Of a stretch of DNA of 35,090 nt, positions 1 to 8,512 are shown piece after piece. The notes under the pieces are model-generated. The model saw nothing but the letters and a program-made list of their open reading frames with translations, ran no database searches and was not told where the DNA came from. The stretch lies in IMG/VR virus record IMGVR_UViG_3300037742_000042, positions 1 to 35,090 of that record; one strand, 5' to 3'. The stretch is from a virus. Taxonomy: Duplodnaviria; Caudoviricetes. The stretch's first letter is position 1. Every line of letters begins with the position of its first letter. Made by a program: the position numbers and the translations under genes.

Positions 1-1473
1 GCGGCTGGTTGGTTAGGCCGACCCGTTGGTACGGACAAGTCGCAAGTCATGTGCCCCTGGGAGAAGGAGCACACCGGAGGCCGCAGGCACGACGGGTCCA
101 CCGTAGTCTTCGCTCCGAACGAGGAGAGTCGAATCGGCTGGGCTCATTGCTCGCACTCACACTGTGCCGAGCGTTCGCTACAGGACTGGATCGATGCTAT
201 CCCGCACGACGCTAAGCTGGCCGCGAGGGACAGGCTAGGGCTTGACGAGTACTACACTCCAAAGCCGGAGCAACAGCATAAGCTACCAGAGGATGAGTGG
301 GTCCACGGACTCACCATGGACGGTAAGTCCGGAAAGATAGTCAAAGACGCCGGCAACGTTTCACTCCTCCTCGCCAACGACCCCATGTGGCGAGCCTGCA
401 TAGCATACGACGAGTTTCGTAGTACCGTCGTCTGGATTCGCGAGCCGGACCGTATCCCAGGAATGGAGAGCCCGGACCTCGGACCGCTGCGCGAAACGGA
501 TGTCACCTATGTACAACAGAAGCTCAGGCTTACACACAACGTCTCGTTTCCAGATAGAGCCGTACTGTCGGGTATTGCCAAGGCGGCTCAGCGCTTCTCG
601 TTTCATCCCGTCCGCGCCTTCCTAGACGGGCTGTATTGGGACCGAATCCCGCGCGTTGACCGTTGGCTGGCGACGTACCTCGGTGCCGTCGATACGCCGT
701 ATACGAGGCTGATTAGCCGCTGGTCTCTCATTGCCTGCGTTGCCCGTATCTACGACCCCGGATGCCAGTCTGACTACATCCCCATCCTGGAAGGTGCCCA
801 GGGTGCCGGTAAGTCCTCCGCGCTGCGTATCCTAGGAGACCCCTGGTTTAGCGATACGCCCATCGATATCAGCAATAAAGATGCCTACCTTACCATGCGA
901 GGTAAGTGGATTATCGAACTGAGCGAGCTGGAATCCTTGGACCGCGCTTCTATCGGAAGAGCCAAAGCGTTCTTTACCAGTCGCACCGATACCTACCGAG
1001 AGCCATACGGCCGCCTAGTCGGAGACTGGCCCCGACACTGTAACTTCTTCGGTACCGTCAACCCCGACGAATACCTACATGATGAGACTGGTGGGAGACG
1101 CTTCCACCCCGTGAAGTGTGGAGACATCGATCTCTCGGGTCTGACCAGGGACCGCGATGAACTGTGGGCCGAGGCCGTGCAGCTCTATCGTGATAATCAG
1201 CGCTGGCATCCACAGGGCAAGAAGGAAAACGACCTCTGCAAGGCCGAGCAGGATCAACGCTACATGGCCGATGAGTGGGAGAATGTAATCCGTGGTTGGC
1301 TTAAGAGCAATCCAGACGCCGACGACCTTACACTTTCCGACATTATGATACGTTGTTTCGGCTTCCAACCTAGAGAATGGAATCGCGCGCATGAAATGCG
1401 TGTGACCAAGTGCCTCAAACGTATCGGAATGAATAAGAAAAAGACCGAGCTGGGAAACTTCTGGATGCGCTGA
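1..1473 (+). CDS. VirE/VapE-domain primase-helicase, 5' truncated by the window edge
   Basis: Frame is open from base 1. Walker A ILEGAQGAGKS, 'WIIELSEL', 'YREPYGR', 'GTVN...YLHDETGGRRF' and 'RDELWAEA' are typical of VirE/VapE helicases. N-terminal CPW..EH...HCSHSHC zinc-binding motif. Confidence 0.9.
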   Translation, partial: AAGWLGRPVGTDKSQVMCPWEKEHTGGRRHDGSTVVFAPNEESRIGWAHCSHSHCAERSLQDWIDAIPHDAKLAARDRLGLDEYYTPKPEQQHKLPEDEWVHGLTMDGKSGKIVKDAGNVSLLLANDPMWRACIAYDEFRSTVVWIREPDRIPGMESPDLGPLRETDVTYVQQKLRLTHNVSFPDRAVLSGIAKAAQRFSFHPVRAFLDGLYWDRIPRVDRWLATYLGAVDTPYTRLISRWSLIACVARIYDPGCQSDYIPILEGAQGAGKSSALRILGDPWFSDTPIDISNKDAYLTMRGKWIIELSELESLDRASIGRAKAFFTSRTDTYREPYGRLVGDWPRHCNFFGTVNPDEYLHDETGGRRFHPVKCGDIDLSGLTRDRDELWAEAVQLYRDNQRWHPQGKKENDLCKAEQDQRYMADEWENVIRGWLKSNPDADDLTLSDIMIRCFGFQPREWNRAHEMRVTKCLKRIGMNKKKTELGNFWMR

Positions 1474-1575
1474 TCCTGGATACCCTGGATACCTCTTTCT
1501 GACTCAGTAGTATTTGACTGTAGGGCTACAGTAAATGAATAGAGAGAGGGAAACGGTATGCAGAGGTATCCAGGA
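1474..1575. repeat. Direct plus inverted CCTGGATACC repeats around a central palindrome; candidate replication origin
   Basis: CCTGGATACC at 1475 and 1484; inverted GGTATGCAG at 1555 and AGAGGTATCCAGGA at 1562-1575; ACTGTAG-GG-CTACAGT at 1517-1532. Confidence 0.6.
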
Positions 1576-1579
1576 ATGC

Positions 1580-1607
1580 TTGACGACTATAACTAAAGTA
1601 CTATACT
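1580..1607 (+). promoter_or_regulatory. Sigma70-like promoter
   Basis: TTGACG-N16-TATACT, with ATG 6 nt downstream at 1614. Confidence 0.6.
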
Positions 1608-1613
1608 GAATCA

Positions 1614-1781
1614 ATGCGCAACACCATCCTGTTCCTCGCCATCGTTGTTAACCTTGCTATTGCCTGGGACGCTCTCTTGGGCCACCGCCCGGAGCTGTTC
1701 TGGTGGGCGGTCATCTGCGCCACGATGCTCGCGCTAGCAAGCCTCGTGCGGCCTCCGGGGCGCAAGGATGGGGCTGAGTGA
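1614..1781 (+). CDS. Small two-TM membrane protein (55 aa, not in ORF track)
   Basis: MRNTILFLAIVVNLAIAWDALLGHRPELFWWAVICATMLALASLVRPPGRKDGAE; two hydrophobic segments; starts right after the promoter. Confidence 0.6.
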   Translation: MRNTILFLAIVVNLAIAWDALLGHRPELFWWAVICATMLALASLVRPPGRKDGAE

Positions 1782-1880
1782 CCACGAGGGGCCTGGACGC
1801 GTCTGGAGGGCTATTAGGATGACAAGATTGATTGAATACCTGAGGCGGTACGTTCATCACCCCTACACACCTGGTGCGCT

Positions 1881-2378
1881 ATGAAGGTCGGCGACAGGGT
1901 CAAGCGTGAGGCACCGGGGGCAAGCTCGCATATCCCCTACGGCACTCTGGGTACAATAACCCACGTTGACCACATCGGCCACTATGTTTATTGGGATAAC
2001 GGCCCCGCGGCAGGCCCGTACGCGGCTACGGATATCTCTCCCGTGGCCTCCGTGCCCGCCAGCCTGCACTCCTACGAGCCGGGTGATAAAGTAACCTACG
2101 TAGGCCCCGAACCCAGCCTCCGCGGTAAGCACGGAGTCTTCGTTAACTCCTATCCGCACAACAACACCTGTCTGGTGGACATCGCTGGCTCACTGCTGAC
2201 GTTCGACGCTGAAGACGTGCTGCCGGCGCTGCCTGGGCCAGTGGATGGCCCCCCGCTGCCCTGCGTGCTCTGTCAGACGTTCTATCCGATGGCGGTGGCG
2301 AACCTACCTGATGGGAAGCTGGCATGCTGGAGTTGTAGGACTTACAGGCCGGCCGGAGTGAGGAGCATATTGAAATGA
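1881..2378 (+). CDS. Hypothetical protein with two SH3/KOW-like 'GD(R/K)V' domains and a C-terminal Zn finger
   Basis: VGDRV...VYWDNG, PGDKVTY, CVLC...CWSC. Confidence 0.7.
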   Translation: MKVGDRVKREAPGASSHIPYGTLGTITHVDHIGHYVYWDNGPAAGPYAATDISPVASVPASLHSYEPGDKVTYVGPEPSLRGKHGVFVNSYPHNNTCLVDIAGSLLTFDAEDVLPALPGPVDGPPLPCVLCQTFYPMAVANLPDGKLACWSCRTYRPAGVRSILK

Positions 2379-2545
2379 AACGAACGGTTGATGGCTGGCT
2401 TACAGACGACCCGCTAGAGTTCCCAGACCTACTGTGGGTTCATAGCCCAGAGGGGCACCCAGGGTATCTCAGTCTTAAAGAAGTCTTTGCAGACGTTCCA
2501 CCTAGGGCGCATGTGCGCATTACGATAGAGTACGATTGTGAATAA
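2375..2545 (+). CDS. Hypothetical protein (56 aa, not in ORF track)
   Basis: ATGA overlap with the upstream stop; MKRTVDGWLTDDPLEFPDLLWV...; fills the gap before the next promoter. Confidence 0.6.
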   Translation: MKRTVDGWLTDDPLEFPDLLWVHSPEGHPGYLSLKEVFADVPPRAHVRITIEYDCE

Positions 2546-2562
2546 TATCCCGTGGGCGTTAC

Positions 2563-2590
2563 TTGACAGTTAAGTAACTAACGTTACCCT
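2563..2590 (+). promoter_or_regulatory. Sigma70-like promoter
   Basis: TTGACA-N16-TACCCT in an AT-rich intergenic gap. Confidence 0.45.
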
Positions 2591-2610
2591 ATTCACTACG
2601 AGGTTACATC

Positions 2611-2970
2611 ATGAACAGAGACGACCTTCTGATGCTGATTGACGACGATTTGGACCTGGCGGACACTATCCGCAATAAGACCAAAGCAGTCCAGGATACG
2701 CGACTCAACATCCTTAGCGACACCATCGCACAGGCACTCACGGCCCGCGCCGAGTACGTGCGGACGAGGCTCGCCCAGCCGTGGACCGACCCCTCCTCTG
2801 ACGCTGAGATTGCCGAATCCCTCAGCCTCATGACCGACCTACAGGTTGCTGACATGCTCGGCCCCTTGGTCACTGCGGCGTACAGGCACGACCCCGTGGC
2901 GGCTGCTGAGCTTATCGCCACGTTCGTGGCTGACATCCGAGCAGGAGAAAGAGTGAGACTGACCAAATGA
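2611..2970 (+). CDS. Hypothetical protein
   Basis: GAGGT RBS; ATGA-coupled to the next gene. Confidence 0.7.
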   Translation: MNRDDLLMLIDDDLDLADTIRNKTKAVQDTRLNILSDTIAQALTARAEYVRTRLAQPWTDPSSDAEIAESLSLMTDLQVADMLGPLVTAAYRHDPVAAAELIATFVADIRAGERVRLTK

Positions 2971-3227
2971 ATCTACATGGAATGGGTTGGAACTTCGATT
3001 ATCAGGTAGGCGACCGCGTCAAGGCTAACGGACTGCCGGAGATGATTGCTCCGGACGGTACGGAGGGCGTCGTTGTGTGGATCGGACGCAAACCGCGGTC
3101 TACTGATAATCTTGAATTCACCTACATTGACATCGATTTCGATAACGGCGAGAAAGCTTCATTCATGGAGCCGGCGTCCGGAGTTCAGAATCTGACGCGC
3201 CCCTGTGGGACCTCCGATGGTCAGTAA
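2967..3227 (+). CDS. Hypothetical SH3-like protein
   Basis: YQVGDRVK...GTEGVV...IDFDNG; overlaps the upstream stop. Confidence 0.7.
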   Translation: MNLHGMGWNFDYQVGDRVKANGLPEMIAPDGTEGVVVWIGRKPRSTDNLEFTYIDIDFDNGEKASFMEPASGVQNLTRPCGTSDGQ

Positions 3228-3417
3228 AGAAACCATCGCCAATCTGGCGACATTCACAGACGCCGAGTGTGCTCAGGCTCTACTCTTAGGGATTGCCAAG
3301 ATGCTCCAGGCCAAGGTGGAGGCGGTTTACATCCTCCAGTTCGCAGAAGAGCTGGTGGCCGCTATCAGGCTGGCTGAGGCGATTCGAGTTAATGTTCGGG
3401 ATGAAGGGGCGAATTGA
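3217..3417 (+). CDS. Hypothetical protein
   Basis: Tightly packed ORF; ATG 3217 preferred over GTG 3205. Confidence 0.6.
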   Translation: MVSKETIANLATFTDAECAQALLLGIAKMLQAKVEAVYILQFAEELVAAIRLAEAIRVNVRDEGAN

Positions 3418-3689
3418 TGAAGTACCGTATCCGATGCAGCGACGGCTGGGTCGCGACGTTTCTCGATAAGAAAGAAGCGCTTGAGAAGCTGAAACTCTTC
3501 CGCGAGACGTTCGCTATCCATGGGACGCACAAGCTGTATCGCGTTGCTACCAGGTCTGAGCGACTCCGGACACGCGTGCTTAGGGACAGCGCCAGGTTCG
3601 ATGAAATGGCGGACTCAGCGTTCGGTGCTGAGTGTCGATACTTCCGTGGTTATGCAAGAGCACTTAGGGACATCGCAGGCCAACTCTAA
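3417..3689 (+). CDS. Hypothetical protein
   Basis: TGATG coupling upstream and TAATG coupling downstream. Confidence 0.65.
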   Translation: MKYRIRCSDGWVATFLDKKEALEKLKLFRETFAIHGTHKLYRVATRSERLRTRVLRDSARFDEMADSAFGAECRYFRGYARALRDIAGQL

Positions 3690-4171
3690 TGATCCGACAA
3701 CGGAACAAGCGCCACTTTGACGACATCTTCGAAGAGAAGTACACGCCGGAGCCAAATACGGGCTGCTGGTTGTGGCACGGTAGAACGGATAAGAAAGATG
3801 GTTACGGGGTGATGACAATACGCAATGGTAAGGAGGTAAAGGTTCGACGCGCCCATCGGTTAGCGTGGGAACGCGCGTTCGGCGAGATTCCGGAAGGCAT
3901 GTCTGTGTTGCATAAGTGCGACACTCCCCCGTGTGTAAATCCAGAGCATCTCTTTCTTGGTACACAGCTTGACAACATGCGAGACCGTAAAGCAAAGGGT
4001 CGGTTCATAGGAAAACGTGGAGAGACCAACCCACACGCTAAGTTAACTTGGGACGACGTCGCGGCAATCAGAGGTTCAACAGAACTACATCGCGTTCTGT
4101 CTGCTCGATACAATGTATCTGGATCTGTCATTTCCAACATCCAGACCGGTAAGGTGTGGAAATGCGCATAA
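3689..4171 (+). CDS. HNH homing endonuclease (HNH_3-type) with C-terminal HTH-like DNA-binding domain
   Basis: GCWLW.G...GYG...AHRLAW...VLHKCDTPPCVNPEHLFLGTQLDNMRD, then GETNPHAKLT...YNVSGSVISNI. Confidence 0.93.
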   Translation: MIRQRNKRHFDDIFEEKYTPEPNTGCWLWHGRTDKKDGYGVMTIRNGKEVKVRRAHRLAWERAFGEIPEGMSVLHKCDTPPCVNPEHLFLGTQLDNMRDRKAKGRFIGKRGETNPHAKLTWDDVAAIRGSTELHRVLSARYNVSGSVISNIQTGKVWKCA

Positions 4172-4755
4172 GCATCAAAGACGAAGTAGAGATCAACTGG
4201 TTTTACAGTGTTGGCATCTCTACATTTTTCCATAGTACGTTTGGCCGGACGCTAGAGCGCGCACAGGTCTTTCGTCGATGCAGCAACAACAAGCTTATTC
4301 CTATCCCGCAAGGCACTGATAAATGGAAGTTCATCTTTGTGCCCAGGGAGGACAGTCACCCGAGCTACGAGCTTGACCCCGTGTTGCTGGACAGGTTCGG
4401 ACGCGTCTCTCGACGCCTTAGGGCAATAGAGAAGGAAGACTCGCTATCGTCCAAGGTTATTGAAGCATTCTACGGCGACGAGGGTGCAAGGTGGGCGCAT
4501 CAACCTAATCCCGGGCGCCTACTCAGTCTCTACTCAATGACCCAGAGTGGGCAAACGTACCTCCGCAGTCAAACGCCGGTTGAGGGCCTGAGACCTACGG
4601 AGCGCCTGGCTAACCTAGAACTCGCGCAACGCATGAATCCCACAGACTCCCGCGCCTCTCTGCTCAGTCGCATGCGTCGTCAAGCGGACGGGCTACGTGT
4701 ACGTAGTTGGCGCGCGTGGAATGCAACTAGCTGGGAAACTGAGCGGGCCGCCTAA
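4162..4755 (+). CDS. Hypothetical protein (possible transcription regulator, unverified)
   Basis: Long ORF overlapping the HNH stop and coupled to the next gene; no motif recognised with certainty. Confidence 0.7.
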   Translation: MRISIKDEVEINWFYSVGISTFFHSTFGRTLERAQVFRRCSNNKLIPIPQGTDKWKFIFVPREDSHPSYELDPVLLDRFGRVSRRLRAIEKEDSLSSKVIEAFYGDEGARWAHQPNPGRLLSLYSMTQSGQTYLRSQTPVEGLRPTERLANLELAQRMNPTDSRASLLSRMRRQADGLRVRSWRAWNATSWETERAA

Positions 4756-5006
4756 TGTCTAAACACGCCCATCTCTACAAGACTCCTTTCCGTTACCCGA
4801 CGTACATCTACGCCTATCACGTGGCGCTCGTCTGCGGCTGGGAACCTCGCCGTGTGACCCGCCTGTGGAAGAAACACGACATCGCTCAGAAGGTGGGCGG
4901 TTACATCGTGACGACGCCGGAGAAGCTACAGATGTTGTGGCCGGAACAGTGGGAGGCGATCCTGGACCTGCTGGAACAGGGGAAGCTGGACCCGCCGCCT
5001 AAGTGA
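4755..5006 (+). CDS. Hypothetical protein, possibly winged-HTH-like
   Basis: TAATG coupling; 'AYHVALVCGWEPRRVTRLWKKHDIAQKVGG' resembles an HTH plus wing. Confidence 0.6.
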   Translation: MSKHAHLYKTPFRYPTYIYAYHVALVCGWEPRRVTRLWKKHDIAQKVGGYIVTTPEKLQMLWPEQWEAILDLLEQGKLDPPPK

Positions 5007-5034
5007 GGCACTCAGACCACACCCACTCCCGTAC

Positions 5035-5062
5035 TTGACATTACTTCCACCGTGCTTACTAC
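5035..5062 (+). promoter_or_regulatory. Possible sigma70-like promoter for the lipoprotein gene
   Basis: GTAC-TTGACA-N16-TACTAC; the -10 is weak. Confidence 0.35.
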
Positions 5063-5081
5063 ACGGCTGGAGGTACTTCAC

Positions 5082-5906
5082 ATGCGTAACTATCTCATTC
5101 TCACCTGTCTTCTCACTGGCTGTGCGTCTGCTGACCCTGTGCCTACGGACACGGAAGAAACCCCCCTCGCACCGCTCGCCGACACGGTCACGTACACCAC
5201 GATCAACGGTTTCACCAACCTGCCCAGCGCCAACGACTACTTCTGTCATCCGACGAAGTTCCAGGGCAGCGGCGCGCACTCGCAGTCTGTCGTATTGCAG
5301 TGGGGCGTTGTTGCCACCGGCGGCACATGGTCCCAGCAACCCGGCTCTTCGGCTGCGATTCCGAATGACCCGCAGAACATCGGATTCGGAAGCATCAAGA
5401 CGCAGTGTGATAAGTGGCACCTGTTCCACGGCTCCGGCGGAGGTCTTGCCCCCGGCGCCACCCAAGGCTGGAACTATGCGGGCGGATCGACGCCACAGGC
5501 GGTGTCGGGCTCCGTGCAGGCGTATTACAAGGATTCGGTGTGCTGGCTCTCGTTCCTCAACGGACTCTCCAACGCGTCCGAGAAAACGTGGATCGACGAC
5601 ACCAGCAATCCGTGGGTCTACGTGCTGAACTCGGTGGGCTTCAAGTCGCTCACGTCGTCGGCGTCGTGCGCGTGGCTGGGTCGTCCGCTCAGTGGCGCGC
5701 AGTGGCTAACGGCGACTATCCCGCAATCGCCGTTCAGCAGCTACGGGAGCTTCAATAGCAGTTCGTCCAATAAGGGCGTGTGTTTGATCATGTCCGTCGA
5801 GGGGAACCTGGACGACGGTTCGGTCGAGATCGTGCCTGGGAATCAGATGATGCTACGCGTAACGGGCGGCGTGTCCAAAGCAACGGCGATGTGCTTTCCG
5901 TACTAA
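5082..5906 (+). CDS. Lipoprotein with three internal two-Cys repeats
   Basis: GGAGG RBS; signal peptide MRNYLILTCLLTG-C (lipobox); repeats YFCHPTKFQG..TQC, SVCWLSFLNG..ASC, GVCLIMSVEG..AMC. Confidence 0.8.
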   Translation: MRNYLILTCLLTGCASADPVPTDTEETPLAPLADTVTYTTINGFTNLPSANDYFCHPTKFQGSGAHSQSVVLQWGVVATGGTWSQQPGSSAAIPNDPQNIGFGSIKTQCDKWHLFHGSGGGLAPGATQGWNYAGGSTPQAVSGSVQAYYKDSVCWLSFLNGLSNASEKTWIDDTSNPWVYVLNSVGFKSLTSSASCAWLGRPLSGAQWLTATIPQSPFSSYGSFNSSSSNKGVCLIMSVEGNLDDGSVEIVPGNQMMLRVTGGVSKATAMCFPY

Positions 5907-6139
5907 TCGCAGGGGCGGCCTACGAGTTGGCCTATTTACTGTGGCTTGCTGCGTCGGCTCGTAGCCGCCCCATTCTCTCGGCTGTGCTCTCCATGGTCAC
6001 CGGGGCCATTTCCGTCTATGGTATCAGCTCTGTCGTATCCGACCGCTCCTGTCTCCCGTGGCTGCTCGCAGGGTACGGACTGGGGTCGTACGGAACGGTG
6101 AAATTAAGTACTTTACTTTCTAAATCAAAGGACGTATAG
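5891..6139 (+). CDS. Small membrane protein (about 3 TM)
   Basis: Three hydrophobic segments; GTG 5891 overlaps the end of the lipoprotein gene. Confidence 0.6.
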   Translation: MLSVLIAGAAYELAYLLWLAASARSRPILSAVLSMVTGAISVYGISSVVSDRSCLPWLLAGYGLGSYGTVKLSTLLSKSKDV

Positions 6140-6140
6140 T
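6106..6140 (+). promoter_or_regulatory. Repeated phage promoter, copy 1
   Basis: AAGTAC-TTTACT-N17-TATAGT. Confidence 0.75.
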
Positions 6141-6162
6141 CTAGGAGAGAGTGAGGGACAGC

Positions 6163-6384
6163 ATGAATCGATACCTAGCCCAAGTGACCAGCATCCGTGG
6201 TGGAATCCTCTACAAGTCGGAGGAGCACACCGAGCTACCCTCTGCGCTCGCAGACGCAGTCTCGTTTCAAAAGGAGTTCCCTCAGCACTGTGTGTCCGTG
6301 GTCAACCTGGATAACATCGACTACGACTGCGCTGACGGGCTGACAGTGTCTGAACGCGAGATGGTTGAGGAGGTGGTGTCGTGA
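6163..6384 (+). CDS. Hypothetical protein
   Basis: Follows the promoter; GAGGG RBS; alternative GTG start at 6151. Confidence 0.7.
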   Translation: MNRYLAQVTSIRGGILYKSEEHTELPSALADAVSFQKEFPQHCVSVVNLDNIDYDCADGLTVSEREMVEEVVS

Positions 6385-6587
6385 ACGACGAAGAATTGCT
6401 TCGCTGCATGAGACCGGCCCAGTTACGGGCCGAGTGTCTACGCCTCAAGGCCCGCAATCGCAAGCTGGTTGAGCGCATCGAGCGCGCAAGAGCACACGTG
6501 CAGCTTCGCGGGCCACGCTGGGACGAGTTCCTAGAGTCTGAGCTTGATGCCGCGATAGAGGAGAACGACGATGGGGAAGTGAGCTAG
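6381..6587 (+). CDS. Hypothetical protein
   Basis: GAGGAGG RBS; GTGA overlap. Confidence 0.65.
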   Translation: MNDEELLRCMRPAQLRAECLRLKARNRKLVERIERARAHVQLRGPRWDEFLESELDAAIEENDDGEVS

Positions 6588-6595
6588 AAGGCCGA

Positions 6596-6757
6596 GTGAT
6601 TCGCGACCTAATGAAAGACATCCGCGAACTCCGGGTCGAGAATGCGCGGCTTCGGGAGGCGGAGCGCGTGGCGCGCTGGGCAGAGTTGCTGTTGCGCGAA
6701 ATAGCGCCAGACGTGGCGAAAGCAATGCGCGATGTGCTGGAAGGCGGGGGAACGTGA
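6596..6757 (+). CDS. Hypothetical protein (not in ORF track)
   Basis: (V)IRDLMKDIRELRVENARLREAERVARWAELLL...; GTGA-coupled to the next gene. Confidence 0.5.
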   Translation: MIRDLMKDIRELRVENARLREAERVARWAELLLREIAPDVAKAMRDVLEGGGT

Positions 6758-7005
6758 GCGATAAGGTACCGCCGTGCTCGCACTGCGCGTCCGAAAGCAC
6801 TTATAGGGACTTCGATAGCGATGTCTGGTGCCGCGACTGCAAGAAGATGACGGCTAGCACGCTGCCTCCGATTGAACTGTACGTTGCGCCAATGCCTGAC
6901 GAAGTGTGGATCAAACAAGATCCGTTCAACAGACGCTGCATCGTACCAAAGGGTACACCGGAAGCCGTACGCTACGTGAAAGGTCCCTCCGATGCCGAAG
7001 AGTAA
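6754..7005 (+). CDS. Zn-ribbon hypothetical protein
   Basis: CSHC...CRDC. Confidence 0.65.
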   Translation: MSDKVPPCSHCASESTYRDFDSDVWCRDCKKMTASTLPPIELYVAPMPDEVWIKQDPFNRRCIVPKGTPEAVRYVKGPSDAEE

Positions 7006-7159
7006 AGTGGAGCTACTGGCCCGCGCCATGTTTGCAGACGATGACAGGGGACGTGTCTGGGAAGACTGGCATAAGTGCGTGCATGACGCGTACAGATGCC
7101 GCGCGCGGCAATGTCTGCGGTTGCTCAAGGAGATAAGGAAGTCAGATGTCGAAGAGTAA
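6992..7159 (+). CDS. Hypothetical protein (55 aa, not in ORF track)
   Basis: GAAAGGT RBS; MPKSKVELLARAMF...AYRCRARQCL; bridges its two neighbours. Confidence 0.55.
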   Translation: MPKSKVELLARAMFADDDRGRVWEDWHKCVHDAYRCRARQCLRLLKEIRKSDVEE

Positions 7160-7676
7160 GCCGACCTGTCACAACGGACACCCGGCACTCATGTATCCGC
7201 CGCGGTGGGGTAGCGTCTGCGGACGCGCCGAGTGCAAGCCAGCCGAGCCAACACCCGAAGTGCCGGGGCCGGACGAGCTTGCGGCGATACGGGCACGCGC
7301 GTCTGGAAGACCCGCTGGCAATGGAGACTGGGGGGACGACGATCGAGCCGCCCTGCTTCGAATGGTCGACGAGCTGCGCTGCGGCCTGATCGAAGCTGAG
7401 ACGCGCGAGGGAATGCAGGAGTCGTACGCGAAGGATCTCGCGGCGGAACTCGAGGGCCTCCGCAAAGAGAACGCCGAGCTAACGAAAGACGTCGCGGTCA
7501 TGTCGGCAAACGAGGCTTCGTATCAGAAGGAGATCGACGAGCTGCGCGCGAAGCTGGCCGACACAGAGAAGGACCGCGACGCTTACGTCATCGAACTGGA
7601 GCAGATGAGGGCGGAGCTGGCCGAGACCGAAGCGCGGCTCTTGTCAATTGGGGCCATCGATAAGCCTACACAGTAG
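7146..7676 (+). CDS. Coiled-coil hypothetical protein
   Basis: AAGGA RBS; N-terminal CxxGH...CxxxxC; heptad-rich C-terminal half. Confidence 0.7.
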   Translation: MSKSKPTCHNGHPALMYPPRWGSVCGRAECKPAEPTPEVPGPDELAAIRARASGRPAGNGDWGDDDRAALLRMVDELRCGLIEAETREGMQESYAKDLAAELEGLRKENAELTKDVAVMSANEASYQKEIDELRAKLADTEKDRDAYVIELEQMRAELAETEARLLSIGAIDKPTQ

Positions 7677-7800
7677 GGAGTGTGAACGTTTGGATACAGT
7701 AAGCTTAAGTGAGGACCGCGCACACGTGCTCCGACACCGACGCCAAGCTCTCGAGGCAGCATGGGCGGCGTTGTCCGACATGTGCGCTGACCAGGAGTAC

Positions 7801-7829
7801 TTGACAGATAGGGATAAGTTGGTTATATT
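7801..7829 (+). promoter_or_regulatory. Sigma70-like promoter
   Basis: GAGTAC-TTGACA-N17-TATATT. Confidence 0.7.
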
Positions 7830-7841
7830 ACGGGATCAGTT

Positions 7842-8006
7842 ATGTATGATATTGACTCCTACCTAGAATTCACCCGTCGCAGACCGAGCCGTGACCCCTA
7901 TATGGTCACCCAAGCACTCATCGCACGCGGGCGTAAACTCATGGATAAGATTGAGATTCCTGAGGAGGACTCGGCGAAGTGGATTCACTTGAACGAGAGA
8001 TACTAA
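7842..8006 (+). CDS. Hypothetical protein (54 aa, not in ORF track)
   Basis: MYDIDSYLEFTRRRPSRDPY..., directly after the promoter. Confidence 0.5.
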   Translation: MYDIDSYLEFTRRRPSRDPYMVTQALIARGRKLMDKIEIPEEDSAKWIHLNERY

Positions 8007-8063
8007 GTCTGCCCCGGGCTTATCAAACGTTCAGTGCCTGTTGGCACGCATCTTTCCGGTTAA

Positions 8064-8098
8064 AAGTACTTTACTTTAATTATTATGTGTCGTACTAT
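8064..8098 (+). promoter_or_regulatory. Repeated phage promoter, copy 2
   Basis: AAGTAC-TTTACT-N17-TACTAT, with ATG 6 nt downstream. Confidence 0.75.
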
Positions 8099-8104
8099 CT
8101 AAAC

Positions 8105-8278
8105 ATGATGAATGACGCAATCAGCTACCGACTCCGAGTGACCGAAGGCCGTAAAGATCTCGCCGCGGAATACGCCGACCTCTGTGAGATGGTCGCCCGC
8201 CGCCCCAACACGGAGAACAAGATCGCGCTTAAGTATTTCCTCAGCCGCAACGACGTCTACCTCCTCGGCCTAGTATGA
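8105..8278 (+). CDS. Hypothetical protein (likely leaderless start)
   Basis: MMNDAISYRL...; the upstream extension in the ORF track crosses the promoter. Confidence 0.65.
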   Translation: MMNDAISYRLRVTEGRKDLAAEYADLCEMVARRPNTENKIALKYFLSRNDVYLLGLV

Positions 8279-8490
8279 CCGGGGAGACCCGGGAGTGGCT
8301 GGGTAGCATGGGCTACTCAGCGGCGGAGATAGACGACGCCGAAAGGGATTGCGAACGGCAGCTCGCCGAATGTCTCGCGCTCTGGCACGAATATTGGCTG
8401 GATTTCATGAGAGCTAAACCGTTTGAACGTCCCGAGCCGCGCAAATGTACAGACCCGAAATGTGATATTCACGGCCACCTGAACGTTTGA
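8275..8490 (+). CDS. Hypothetical protein
   Basis: ATGA overlap; C-terminal CxxxxCxxH. Confidence 0.6.
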   Translation: MTGETREWLGSMGYSAAEIDDAERDCERQLAECLALWHEYWLDFMRAKPFERPEPRKCTDPKCDIHGHLNV

Positions 8491-8512
8491 TAAGCCTTGT
8501 CCCGGAGGGAAT

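Noticed and set aside
1614-1781. Small membrane proteins (1614, 5891, 10126) as holins
   Set aside because: They lie in the early region with no adjacent endolysin or spanin; the lysis module is probably outside the window.
3689-4171. HNH gene as part of a group I intron
   Set aside because: It is translationally coupled to intact neighbours, with no flanking non-coding intron core.
4162-5906. Assigning a myxobacterial host from protein style
   Set aside because: Only an impression from Cys-rich lipoproteins and GC content; it needs homology, CRISPR-spacer or tRNA matching.
7648-7866. 72-aa ORF spanning the 7801 promoter
   Set aside because: The start is uncertain and it overlaps both a strong promoter and neighbouring ORFs; a shorter gene is possible but unsupported.
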